Shown: one piece after another, positions 50,830 through 62,685 of the stretch
How positions within the stretch are numbered: position 1 is the stretch's first letter
Layout of the letters: every line of letters begins with the position of its first letter
Assembly (NCBI GenBank): GCA_964188305.1
Contig: OZ076888.1
Direction: 5' to 3' (one strand)
DNA length: 64,000 nt
From: Podarcis bocagei
Lineage: Eukaryota
Notes under the pieces: generated by a model
The model's input: only the letters and a program-made list of their open reading frames with translations
Told to the model about the DNA's origin: nothing
The model's database searches: none
Program-made: the position numbers and the translations under genes

Positions 50830-51195
50830 GCAATACCTCAAGGACCTTCTCTCCCCTTATGAACTTACCCAGACCCTGAGATCATCATCTGAGTCCCTTC
50901 TTCATGTGCCTCCTCCATGAGAGGCCCAGAGCGTGGCAACATGAGAATGGACCTTTCCTGCAATGTTCTCCCCAGAGGGGCTCACCTGGCTTCTTTGTTT
51001 CATATCTTTAGGCACCAGGAAAAAACATTCCTCTTCTCCCAGACCTTTGGCTAAGTAAACAATCTATAGCCTTTTAAACTGGGGTGGTTGGGCGGGAGGG
51101 GGTAGTATTTTTTTTGTTACTATGCTATGTATTTTTGTATTTTTATATTGCAAACTGCCCTTTGTTCTTCGGATGAAGGGTGGTATATAACTATA
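50830..51195 (+). mobile_element. L2-like LINE 3' fragment
   Basis: YLKDLLSPYELTQTLRSS-like remnant followed by a typical 3' end GGATGAAGGGTGGTATATAA. Confidence 0.55.
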
Positions 51196-51653
51196 TAAAT
51201 ATATAAATTCAATATAAATAATTAAATAGATTTCAGTGGAACTTATGTCTAGGGCATGGGCAGCCAATGTGTGGCACTACAACTACAACTTCCATTAGTC
51301 CCAAGTAGCATGGCTAGTGGCCAGAGGTAATGGGAGTTATAGTCCTACAACATCTCAAGGGCTACTGGTTTCTCCATCCAGATATGCATCTAACTATTTT
51401 GTAGTTATTTTGTAGAATTGTAGAGTGGGAAGGGACCCTGGGGGTCATCTAGTTCCAATCCTTTGCAATGCAGGAATCTCAAGGAAAGCATCCATGACAG
51501 ATTGCCAAAATCTACATTTGCCCCTCCCTGAAGCAGTGTGTGACACACTGTTTTCATACACCTCACTTAGTGGTAATAACTCACCTGTCCACAACAGCAA
51601 GACCCCCCCACCCCACTGCAGAGATGCTTCAAGCTTTCAGCAAGGCCTTTTTG

Positions 51654-52157
51654 CAAACCTAGACAGCATCTTAAAAAGCAGAGCCATCACCTTGCCAACA
51701 ATGATCTGTATAGTTAAAGCTATGGTTTTCCCAGTAGTGATGTATGGAAGTGAGAGCTGGTCCATAAAGAAGGCTGATCGCCGAAGAATTGATGCTTTTG
51801 AATTATGGTGCTGGAGGAGACTCTTGAGAGTCCCTTGGACTGCAAGAAGATCAAACCTATCCATTCTTAAGGAAATCAGCCCTGAGTGCTCACTGGAAGG
51901 ACAGATTGTGAAGCTGAGGCTCCAATACTTTCACCACCTCATGAGAAGAGAAGACTCCCTGGAAAAGACCCTGATGTTGGGAAAGCTTGAGGGCACAAGG
52001 AGAAGGAGACAACAGAGGACGAGATGGTTGGACAATGTTCTTGAAACTACCAACATGAATTTGACGAAACTGCAGGAGGCAGTGGAAGACAGGAGTGCCT
52101 GGCGTGCTCTGGTCCACGGGGTCATGAAGAGTCGGACACAACTAAACGACAACAACA
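51654..52157 (+). mobile_element. Bov-B (RTE-clade) LINE, 5'-truncated 3' fragment
   Basis: Uninterrupted frame NLDSILKSRAITLPTMICIVKAMVFPVVMYGSESW...WRALVHGVMKSRTQLND; (CAA)n tail; highly similar to the copy at 11316. Confidence 0.93.
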
Positions 52158-52309
52158 CTAGAGTTAGGGGTAAGAAACCTGTAGCCCTCTAGATATTTTG
52201 GGGACTTCCCATCTAGCAAGGGTAATGGCCAGAGAATAAGTAAATTGTAGTCCAACAACCTATGGAGCTACACTAGAGGCTTATCCCTTTAAAACAACAA
52301 CAACAACAA

Positions 52310-53013
52310 CAATTTTTATTTGTACCCCGCCCTCCCTGGCCGGAGCTGGGTTCAGCGCGGCTAACATCATAAAACTAACACAGTATACAAAGAACATAAG
52401 AACAGACAATCAATTAAAATACATCTTAAAATTAGTTCAGAGCACATTAAAATCTGGATAGAAGGCAGTCCATGGGTAAAAGTGAGAGTAGTTAATATTC
52501 TCCAGGGCCAACTGTTACCACTGGTTTTATAAAGCAGGCTAGGAGACCTCTTTAATGCTTGTTCTTATGCAGAAAGAAAAGAATCAGACTGAACCCCGAC
52601 CAAAGGCCTGGAGGAACAGCTCCATCTTGCAGGCCCTGCGAAAGATGTCAAATTCTGTAGGGCCCTGGTCTCTTGTGAGAGAGCATTCCACCAGGCCCTG
52701 GCTCTGGTCGAGGCCAGTCTAATCTCCCTGGGGCCTGGGATCTTCAGGGTGTTATTATTTGCAGACCTTAAGGTCCTCCATGGGGCATACCATGAGAGGC
52801 GGTCCAGTAGGTATGAGGGTTCTGGGTGATATAGGGCTTTAAAGGTTAAAACCAGCACCTTAAACCTGATCCTGTACTCCACCAGGAGCCAGTGCAGCTG
52901 GTAAAGCACCGGATGAATGTGCTCCCATGGCGAGGACCCTGTGAGGAGACTTGCCGTGGCATTCTGCACCCGCTGGAGTTTCTGGGTCAGTTTCAAGGGC
53001 AGCCCCACGTAGA
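52310..53013 (-). mobile_element. L2-clade LINE 3' fragment
   Basis: ORF 52565-53050 contains YVGLPLKLTQKLQRVQNATASLLTG...HIHPVLYQLHWLLVEYRIRFKVLVLTFKAL, the L2 ORF2 C-terminal signature. Confidence 0.88.
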
Positions 53014-53589
53014 TGAAAGATGTGCAGCTGGAACATCCCTGAAGAAGCAAGGCTTGCCTGCAGCTATGGCCCTTTTAGGATTTCCGCCTGTTGCTGCAAT
53101 CGTTTCCAGACTTTCTCGAGGAAAGCCCCATTGAACCCAGTAGGTGTACTTGAGAACACTGCCTTTCAGCACCAACCTCTAGCCATTGAAATCAGTGGGA
53201 CTTATTTTTTTGTTATTATGGAAGGGTTACACTGCACAATTTGAGAGCAGTATCTTCACATATATGTTATTGTGAAGATTATATACTCTAAATGCATAGG
53301 CACTCACCAAAGCAGCACTTGGGGTACTCGAAATGGGAGCAAAAGAACTCTGCCCTGGAATTCTGAGAGGCCCCAGTAAGGAAGGAATAAAAAGATTATT
53401 AAGAGTACTATGGTGTAATAGCAGGCCATGAGCTGACATGTCTTCAGTTCAAATCTCACATCAAGTGACCCTTCTGTGGTCAAAAGGGTAGGAAGCAGAG
53501 GTCAGCAATAAACTAGCAAGTTTTAATGCCCAAGGAAAGTCAGCTGGGTTATTCACAAATGGCATCAGGAGTGAGCACCGAAGTTGCCA

Positions 53590-54310
53590 AATTTATTTGA
53601 TTATGAAACTCAAGGTAGTCTGTGAATAAATATTGGAAGGCTTTCTCCATACTGCATGAAGGTACAGCAAAATGGTGCATGAGATTTAATATAAGTAAGT
53701 GTATAGTCATACACATTGGGGTGAAAAGGAAAACCCACAACAAAACCAAAAATCTATATACGCACATTGATGGGGTCTGATTAGTCTACGACTACCCAGG
53801 AAAGATTAGTAGTGAATAGGTCACTGAAAATGTCAACTCAGTGCGTAGCAGCAGAGAAAAAGGCAAATTCTATGTCAGGAATTATAGAAAAGAGGTCAAA
53901 AAGAAAACTGCCATTGTCACAATGCCCTTATGCTAATCTGTGCCCCAGCCACATTTGGAATTTTCTTGCACTGTTCTGATCACACCATCATTAAAAAGAA
54001 AAAAGAATACTGCAGTACTGGAAAGATAAAGAACAAAAACAAGCCAGCTGATAAGAAATGTTATCCATACAGGAAAAGGCTACACTTTTGGAATTGTTTA
54101 ATTTAGAAGGGAAGGGGAGATGTGACAGAAGTTTATACTGTAAAATTATCAATGAAATGAGAGATTTCCCTGCTCCTCTTTTAATATTAGAACTTGGGGT
54201 CATCTAAACAATTTAATTGGGAAAAGGTTCAGAAAAAGAAGGTGCCTACTTTTCAAACTATGCAGAGTTAACTTGTGGAATTAGTTGCCACAGGATGCGG
54301 TGATGGGTTT
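53590..54310 (+). mobile_element. Degenerate CR1 LINE ORF2 3' region
   Basis: MRFNISKCIVIHIG and LKMSTQCVAAEKKANSMSGII remnants, characteristic of CR1 ORF2; many frameshifts. Confidence 0.75.
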
Positions 54311-54904
54311 GTTAGGTCTGTGCTATAGGTCTATGACCCCCCCCCATCAGCTGTAATAGCCGAACTTCCATATTCAGAGAAAAGTATATCTCTGAATAGC
54401 AAACACCGAGAACAAACGTGCAGATGCCAATTTCCTTCATGATCTGCTCCTTAGCTTTTTGGAGGCGCTTGGCCGCAGCTTTTGGAGCCCTCCTCACATT
54501 CCCCCTATGTGTCCTATTAAGCGAGCCACCAGTGCCTTCGGTTCCCAATTATAACAAGCCAGTTAGTAACACTGACCCACTTTACAAGGCTGTTGTTAGG
54601 ATTCTCGAGGAGAAAAACGCACCAGGAGTGCTTGGAGCCCTTGACATACGCCTGGCCAAATGCTAAGTACCATTATGAAGGAACCAATTTGTGGAGGTTA
54701 TTTTGAGGGGAGGGGAGGGATCAATAATTTATGAAGGACATCTAATTTTACAACCCCGGACCCGAAGCTTTGGTTACAGGGAGCTGTGTCACCCTTCAGG
54801 CTGCATAGTAATAATGGTTGCTATTTTAAGGACTGCATCTCTCTCTCTCCATCAACTTTCTTCCTCTCTCTGTTGTCTGTACCACTTAACACAGAAGATG
54901 TGGG

Positions 54905-54962
<58 letters not shown>
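54905..54962. repeat. Compound (GT)n(GA)n microsatellite upstream of PRKG1
   Basis: Directly visible. Confidence 0.97.
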
Positions 54963-54967
<5 letters not shown>

Positions 54968-55079
54968 GAAGGGAGAGCTCTTGTCCTGATGAGAGAGCTT
55001 AGGAGTTTGGTGGGGCTGCTGTTGGCTATTCGCATGCCTCTTCTTTCCATCCTCCTCCTCCTTCTCCTCTTCCTCCTCC

Positions 55080-56830
55080 CCGAGTGAATCCGGTAGGTAT
55101 GAAGGGCGGCGGCGGCGGCGGCAGCAGGAGGGTAGCTCTAATTGCTTTCTCAATGAAAGATAATCACCCGGTCCCGAGGGACGCTTCCAGATTAGCACTC
55201 AACATCCAGTGATCTCAGCCCTCTCTCATCCTGCTGCCTCCATTTACAGCCCATTCAGCAGTAAGTGGATCGAAGAAAGCCGCTCACCACCACCCATTAG
55301 TGACAGCAGATCTCTCCCCACTGCTTTGGACTGACTTTCCCCCCCTTCTTCTTCACTCCCTCTCTTTCCCCTTTCCTCTCTCTCCCTCTCTTACTTAGAG
55401 GCTCCATTCACTCCGCGCTCGCCTGGGTCGCTGCTGCTGCTGCTTTTGCTGCTGCTGCTCCTTCGCTCCCCCGCTCGCTTCCTTACGGGATACCAAAAAG
55501 AAGGGGGGAAAAGTTGCAGCGGAGCGAGGGCTTTCGAAACATGAGCGAGCTGGAAGGGGACTTTGCCAAGCTCTTGCTGCTGAAGGATGAGCGGATTAAA
55601 GAGCTGGAGAAGCGCTTGTCCGAGAAGGACGAGGAGATCCAGGAGCTGAGGAGGAAGCTGCACAAGTGTCAGTCCGTGCTGCCCGCGCCCACCACCCACA
55701 TCGGACCCCGCACCACCCGGGCGCAAGGCATCTCCGCCGAGCCCCAGACCTATCGCTCCTTCCACGATCTCCGGCAGGCGTTTCGCAAATTCACCAAATC
55801 CGAAAGGTAGGGACGGTGGACGACGAAAACGGAGAGGGTGTGTGTGTGTGTTTGGGGAGGGGGGGGGATACGTGAGCGCGTGCAGATACGTGTGTCACAT
55901 CTTACACCCTTGTCTCCTCCAGCCCCAAAGTCTCCTTAAAGCTGGATGGCTACAGCCAAGTGAGGGGCGGAGTTGGGGTGTGTGCAAACCCCCTCCTCGC
56001 TCTCTGCTGCCTTTTCTCCTTGGCGGGGCTGCAGCTTCTCTCCCTCCCCCCTCCCCAATCAGCCCCCCTTCCCAAGGTTAGGGGGACAAGTTTCCCAAGG
56101 GTGAAGAAAGCGGTGGAGCCTTCTTGCCCTGCCCATCACGTGCTGCCTTGGAGCGGTGCAGAAGAGTCCAATAAAATAAAAAATAAACCCGGGCTGACAG
56201 CAAACCCTCTCGGGCATCTGAATAGTGCGCTCTCAAAGCGTGGCAAAGTTCCTCCAGGAGTTCTTGGGGATATTTTGGAAGAGTCCTCACCCACCCATCC
56301 CGTGCCCCCCTCCCCTCCTCTGCTTCTCTTCTTTGCAAGCCCATCGCCTACCGAGATGAAGAGCCTCTTTTGCTCCCCATCATTTGGCAGTTGGGCTGCC
56401 CTTCTATTTTTGTTGAGCATGCCTGGATGGCCGGGCATGCGCAGTCGCGACGGTCGAAGCCGCTTGCCCTTTCCTCCCTTTGCCCTTAGAATTGGCTGCT
56501 CTCACAACGCGGGGGGGGGGGGAGGCTGAGGAGGTGTAGAGTGGGCAATCTAGAGATGTTTGGGAAATAAAAGGGGAGGGGAGAGGAAGAAATCTGGAGG
56601 GGAGGTCCTGGTGGAGAGAAGCCCAAATCCCTCCCTTTTCCTTCACCCCTTCCTTTCTCCCCCCTCTCCCGGCGCTCCAAAATAATCCCGCTCCTCTAGC
56701 CCGTCCCTTCCCAGTCTGGCTTATGCTGCTGCTTTTTGCGAAAGAAAAAGTAAAGAAAAAGAGAGAGAGATCGTGACACCAGAGGAGCCCCATCGATCGG
56801 CCCCAGCATTAAACCCCCTGTGGACATTAG
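55080..56830. promoter_or_regulatory. CpG island / PRKG1 alpha promoter, 5' UTR and start of intron 1
   Basis: Sharp rise in GC and CpG, (GGC)6 tract, GGGGCGGAG GC-box near 55963, surrounding the first coding exon; boundaries approximate. Confidence 0.8.
55541..55806 (+). CDS. PRKG1: PRKG1 (cGMP-dependent protein kinase I) alpha-isoform first coding exon: leucine zipper and autoinhibitory segment
   Basis: Translates MSELEGDFAKLLLLKDERIKELEKRLSEKDEEIQELRRKLHKCQSVLPAPTTHIGPRTTRAQGISAEPQTYRSFHDLRQAFRKFTKSE(R), near-identical to PKG-I alpha; 266 nt then GTAGGG donor; adjacency to A1CF matches mammalian synteny. Confidence 0.98.
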
Positions 56831-58049
56831 CGAGAGGAAGTACAGAGCGCATTATGAGCTTTTAAGCCGCTGGAAGTGCAGAGCTCAAAATGCATGTTGC
56901 AGGATATTGAATATCCCATTAAACGGCGTCTCTCCTTCTCCCTCTCTCACCCCACCCCGACTCTTTTCCTTTCATCATCATCTGTTACTCTCCTGCCTAT
57001 TTTGAATGATCATACCTTGGAGGGAGGAGAAGGATCTTAGTGAGAAAGGAGAGGTACCAGGCACGTGCTGGACACGTGTTTGTGTGTTTGTGTGTAAACT
57101 TAGAACTCGAGGGGGGCAAAGTTTTGTCTGGTAGGGATGGGCCGGTTTGAGTTAGAGACTTGGTTTTCGTGCTGATGAGGATTTCAGAGTTTGTATGTAA
57201 TAGAATCAGTTATAGAGGTGGAAGGGACGCCGGGCAACACAGGAATTTCAACAAAAACATCCATGACAGATGGCCATCCAACCTCTGTTTAAAAACCTTT
57301 GAGGAAGGAGAGTCCACTACCTCTCCCACTGTCAGAAAGTTCTTCCTGATGTCCAGCTGGAATCTCCTCTCTCGCCACCTTTACTGCTGTGCCCATATTT
57401 CTAGACTCTTTTAAACTGGCCCTCAAATCTCTCTGAGACCCTTTTGCATTGTTTCTTGTGTAGAAATGTTAACCTGAGGTAGGCTCCCAGAGCAATGAAG
57501 GTGACCAGGAGAGGTCATTGGAGTGGCCACTGTTCCAAGTCTTGGGATCTGGGAAGCACAATTACCTTCCAACTACAATAGGAAACGTAAAAGATTCCTT
57601 CTTTATAGTGCTACAATAAACTTATCCGCTCAGAATGGGCATGGTTCGTTTTCTCCTTTTGCATGGATGAAGACAGATTTAAAACCTTCCTGCATCTTCA
57701 TTCACTTTAATTTACGTTTAACTGTAAGCTTCTCGGTGCAGGGGACCTAACCACTTATATGGGTCTACAGTACAATGTATCTTGTTGACACTATAAAAAC
57801 AATGAACAATAAGAAAAAGTGTCATTAATAAGGATTTTTTTTAAAAAAAAGTAGTTAATGAATCATGAGTTTTAATTTATTTGCCCTTGAACAAAACAAT
57901 AGCTCTAAAAGGGGGGGGGACCTATAAACAATTTTTTTAGGTGATTTACACGCACTGCAGCAGGCACTATCTGCTAGAAGAAGCAGTCCTTCCTGTGTGT
58001 GTGGAAAATGCCTCTTCTGTGATAGTGCTTTATCTTCATTCAAGTAATA

Positions 58050-58357
58050 AAAAGGTAAAGGTAAAGGACCCCTGACAGTTAAGTCCAGTTGCAGATGACT
58101 CTGGGGCTGCGGTGGCCAGCACAACTATGCCGTTTCTGGTGAAACCAGAGCAGTGCACAGAAACACCGTTTACCTTCCCACCGGAGCAGTACCTATTTAT
58201 CTACTCACACTTTGATGTGCTTTCAAACTGCTAGGTGGGCAGGAGCAGGGACCGAGCAACGGGAGCTCACCCGGTTGCAGGGATTTGAACTGCTGATCTT
58301 CCGATCAGCAAGCCTAAGAGGCTCAGTGGTTTACACCACAGCGCCACCTGTGTCCCC
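58050..58357 (-). mobile_element. Sauria SINE in PRKG1 intron 1
   Basis: (AAAGGT)n tail, core, 13-bp TSD CATTCAAGTAATA (58037-58049, 58358-58370). Confidence 0.92.
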
Positions 58358-58375
58358 CATTCAAGTAATACAGAC

Positions 58376-58423
<48 letters not shown>

Positions 58424-59936
58424 GATAAAAGTAATACATAAAGTTAATTCTATAATAATAAAGGAATATAAATTGCATGTTTTATTTATAAACACTGCTT
58501 GGTTACTTGAGGGGATCTTTTTTTAAATATATGAGAATGTTTTTAGCCAATTACATAAACACTACTGACTCTTGTGACATCTGTACGTTGGCTGCAGGCC
58601 TAACCATGCTTGGAAAAATGTTCTACTGAATTCAAGGGAACTTGCTCCCAGGTAGCCTAAACCTTATAATAAGTTGTCTAGAACGGGGAATCAGCAAATG
58701 TGAAATAATTCTTACTGCTCCTAAATCTAGGAGGGGGGGGGGGAGAAGATGAGGTTGTCTGAATGAGGAACAGTAAAGATTTGTTTCTGTTGAGAAAGAA
58801 GTTGCTGGAGTGACAAAATTACACAGCGGTCCAAGTGGTCTCTGTAAAACTGTGTTAGACACATCCCATACAAAAAAGCCAGAAGGGTGTGATTAAAAAT
58901 TGGCTTCCTCACAGTGTCAACTGTGGCTTGAATGTGTGTGAGTGTGTGGGTTTGGTGTAGTTCCTTAGTTTATTTCTGTTTTTGGGTGTCTCATCTTTCA
59001 AAACGCCTGGAGTTTGGGAGGTCGGGGTAGGATTGGGGAAGGCTGTCATCATCTTTAATACACCCAGTTCGCTTAGAGGCTTTTTAATTTTTTTAAAAAA
59101 TGGATGCACTGGTCCCTTTGCTGCAGTCACCTTTTAAAAATAAGGCTGCATTAATGACTGGGGTTATTTTATGAATTTTGAAAGTCCTGCTTCTGAAGCC
59201 ACAGCTTCACTTGAAAGAGAGCACTGTAGGTCTTTTGTGTCAAAATTAAACTGGCCTTGTAAATATAGGATTTAAGTGAGGGGTTCCATGAGACTGATAT
59301 TCCCACTGGTAAAAAGACTTTCAAAGAGGTTTCGCAAGGCTGTGGATGTCGCACTCCTGCACGCCTCCCCGCTCTTTCCCAAACTGGGAAACTTGTGGGG
59401 ATGGAGAGTTAGTCTCAGTTCACAGAGACAGATTTATCTCTTCCATCAGATGTCAAGAGCACACATTTTTCTTCCAACATTCACTGCAATTATTAAGTCC
59501 CAACTTCCTCTTCTTTGTGGTTTACACTAGGACAGAGGGTAAATTCTCGCCGCGGCCCCCCCCTCAATGTTTGGGCTTCTGCTTTCGAATAGAATACAAG
59601 CCATGAAGTTTATTTTCAGCACACTGACTCACTGTAACAGGGAGTTATGACAAGTATAATCTATGGAGATAGTAATGGTTGGAATTGAGGGTGGGAGAGA
59701 TGCACAAGAACGTTTAAAGGAACAGAATGTCTTTTTAGTAACAATACCACAGGCAGTTTTCGCTCTACCCCCACCCCTAAAAGATACAAAATGTTGGCTC
59801 TAAAGGTTTTTAGGGTTTTTAAAAAAGTTATATCTGTGTTATTATATTGTACTATGGTTTTATATGCTTTACTTTAAAGTATTTAAATTAAAACTAATTA
59901 ATTAAACTAAATTAATACACACTTACCTGGGATTAA

Positions 59937-60078
59937 TTTAGTCAGCTTGTCACGCTGGCCACGTGACCCGGAAGTGTCTGCGGACAGTGCTGGCCCCCAG
60001 CCTCTTAAGTGAGATGGGCGCACAACCCTAGAGTCGGACACGACTGGTCCGTACGGGCAGGGGTACCTTTACCTTTAC
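59937..60078 (+). mobile_element. Sauria SINE, 5'-truncated 3' fragment
   Basis: ACCTTT tail and 13-bp TSD TACCTGGGATTAA (59924-59936, 60079-60091). Confidence 0.85.
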
Positions 60079-62430
60079 TACCTGGGATTAAGCCCCTTGG
60101 AACTCAATATAATTTACTTCTGAGTAGATATGTATAGCAGTGGGTCCCAAACTGCCCCCTCCCATGGACCACTGGAAAGTTGCTGAGGGTCTTGGCAGAC
60201 CACTTAATGATTTGTCTGCCTGTTGAAGCAATTTTAATTCCATAGTATTCAAACTCTAAGGCAATATAATACGTCTATAATAAATAATTCTTTAAAAAAA
60301 AGAAGAAGAAATAAAAATACAATTAAAAATCAAGATGAACAGTAAGCCCACAATTTACTCGAGAGTTTGGTTCCCAGGAACCATGCACAAACGCAAAAAG
60401 GTGTAAAGTCAGGAAGACTATCTCTGCTTTTTAGCTCTCCAACCAGTTTAGGAGGAAGCTGTCTTGCATTTTGGGGCCACGCTTCAGGTCACCTCCGCTT
60501 GCTCTTAGACCACCATTCTCTCTGCTCTCGCTAGGACTCTCTGATGATGCCTGAACACACTCCCAGGGTGAGTGCAATGTTTGGTGGGACTGCCAATTGT
60601 TGTCCCCCCCCCCACCTCCTTTTGACGTTTTTTCTACTGATTATTTTGATCCCCCCTGCATTTTTCCAATTTATTTTTCAATTAACCACATAAATTTGCA
60701 GCCATGTAAAAAAAGTGAGCAGAAGTTGTGAGTTTAGTGTATTCAGTGGGGCAAGTGGGCTAGCCCTCATCTTCTATCACAAATCCACAGACACAGCACA
60801 GACCACTGATGGTCCACAAACCACAGTTGAACTCTATGCGGTTTACTTCTGATGTAAGTAAACAGGAGTAAATATGCTTAAGATCAGGATGAAAGAGTAT
60901 TTTCTGGATTTCTCTGCTAAAAGATGATGATAAATAGTGACAAATTAATAGTGATAGATTTAGTGCTGGGAATGAAAAGGGCCTTATACTGATGGATTGA
61001 ATACTAGAGATTGAAAGATGAATTGAAGAGTCTGGTCAAACACAGATCCTGAAGTATACAGAGTGAACAACAGCTATTAAAATGGCAGGATCCTTTTAAA
61101 ATTTTGTTTTACTGAAACTCTCCACCTTGACCTCTCTCATTGTTGGGAAAACAAATACAAATACTGTATGTTTCATTCCCACTTAAATATTATTGCTATA
61201 ATATTCAAACAACACAATTTCTGTTGGGCTGAGATTTCTCTGATTACGGAGATGATGTCTATGAAGCATTTTGAGCACATGATATTCATTTGGTAAATAC
61301 TAAGGGTTTTTTCTGGTAATAAAACAAATATATACATTAATCAAAGTCTTTATGTTGATCTATGTGTCAACACATGATATGCTAAAGGCTCCTGTGAATG
61401 ATACAAAATGTTTATGGCATTTTTCAAGTATGTGATTAAATTATTGAAATAGTACCCCTTCCCTTTCCCTCCCTCAGGAGTCCAAATGCACTGCTGAATA
61501 ATTTGGAGTCCCTCTGGCAATGCATAGTGCAGATTGGCCAGATTGCTTGAAAACTGTAGTGAGGAGTCTGAATCCAATAATAGGAGCTGATCTGACATTT
61601 GGGCAATGTGACAGCTGGACATTTAAGGTGTGGGGGAGCAATGCTAAAATCTGCTCACATAGCGGACTCCAGGCATCCTTTTTTGCCTCGTAAGAAGTGC
61701 AAACATAAAAGATGCTGCAAAATCATAGAGTTTCCCTACGCCATGCAAAACAACTTCCTGGTTCAGAGCAATGGTCCAAATAGCACTATTCTTGATAGCA
61801 CTAGATACTTCAGGCTGGAGGTATCAGTTCTGTCAGGCTTCATTGATTATTTTTAGATTTCAGCAATCACTTATTTGGGCACATCAGCTGTATCATAATA
61901 GATGGTCTGGTTCACCATTCATATTTTGTCACTAGAATATGTGATTGAGCCATCTAACACAGACAGAACTTTCATATCAACCATTTCACACACAGTGGTT
62001 ATTAATGGGGTGTGTTTTGTTTGTCCAGGACAAACAAAAAATGCACATTCATGTATGAACTGGTACTCAGTGAATACGATCCAGTGATCCTCGCTACTAC
62101 ACTTGTCACTCAATAAAATAAATCTCAACCAATTTACAGTATGAGTTCTAACACTGCAATCCTATGCAGAAATACTTAGAAATCCAATGGGGCTTTCTCC
62201 AGGTAAATGTGTACAGGATTGCATCCTAAGTCAATTTATTGAGTAAACTTGTTTATGATTAAAAACAATAGTTTGGAAGCATTCTTTCTTAGATGTTGCA
62301 TCCAAATGTTTTAGAACAGGCTTTCCCTCTTAGAAGAGGAGGGATGTCTCTTTTCAAAAGGTCATTGCCGTTTGCATAACAGGGTTAACATTTTGTAATG
62401 ATTAGCATTGTAAGCCTGGAGGCCTTGGCT

Positions 62431-62685
62431 CAGGGGTCAGCAACCTTTTTCAGCCGTGGGCCGGTCTACCGTCCCTCAGACCATGTGATGGGCTGAACTA
62501 TTTTTTTTTGGGGGGGGGGGAATGAACGAATTCCTATGCCTCAGAAATAACTCAGAGATGCATTTTAAATAAAAGGACACATTCTACTCATGTGAAAACA
62601 CGCTGATTCCCAGACCGTCCACGAGCTGGATTGAGAAGGCAATTGGGCCGCTTCTGGCCAATGTGCCTTAGGTTGCCTCCCCCTA
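62431..62685. mobile_element. hAT/Charlie-type MITE (OposCharlie1-like)
   Basis: CAGGGGTCAGCAACCT / AGGTTGCCTCCCCCTA ends, perfect 8-bp TSD CCTTGGCT (62423-62430, 62686-62693). Confidence 0.85.

Noticed and set aside
51425-52192. 255-aa ORF as a host gene or domesticated protein
   Set aside because: Chance read-through from flanking sequence into a truncated Bov-B C-terminus; non-ATG start and no RT catalytic core.
53039-53070. CTGAAGAAG as another hammerhead core
   Set aside because: No GAAA, stem III or stem I partner at a suitable distance.
55391-55765. 124-aa antisense ORF over PRKG1 exon 1
   Set aside because: Expected shadow frame of GC-rich coding sequence.
55960-56793. ORFs of 100-189 aa in PRKG1 intron 1, including a possible beta-isoform exon
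   Set aside because: CpG-island stop depletion; none resembles the PKG-I beta N-terminus (MGTLRDLQYALQEK).
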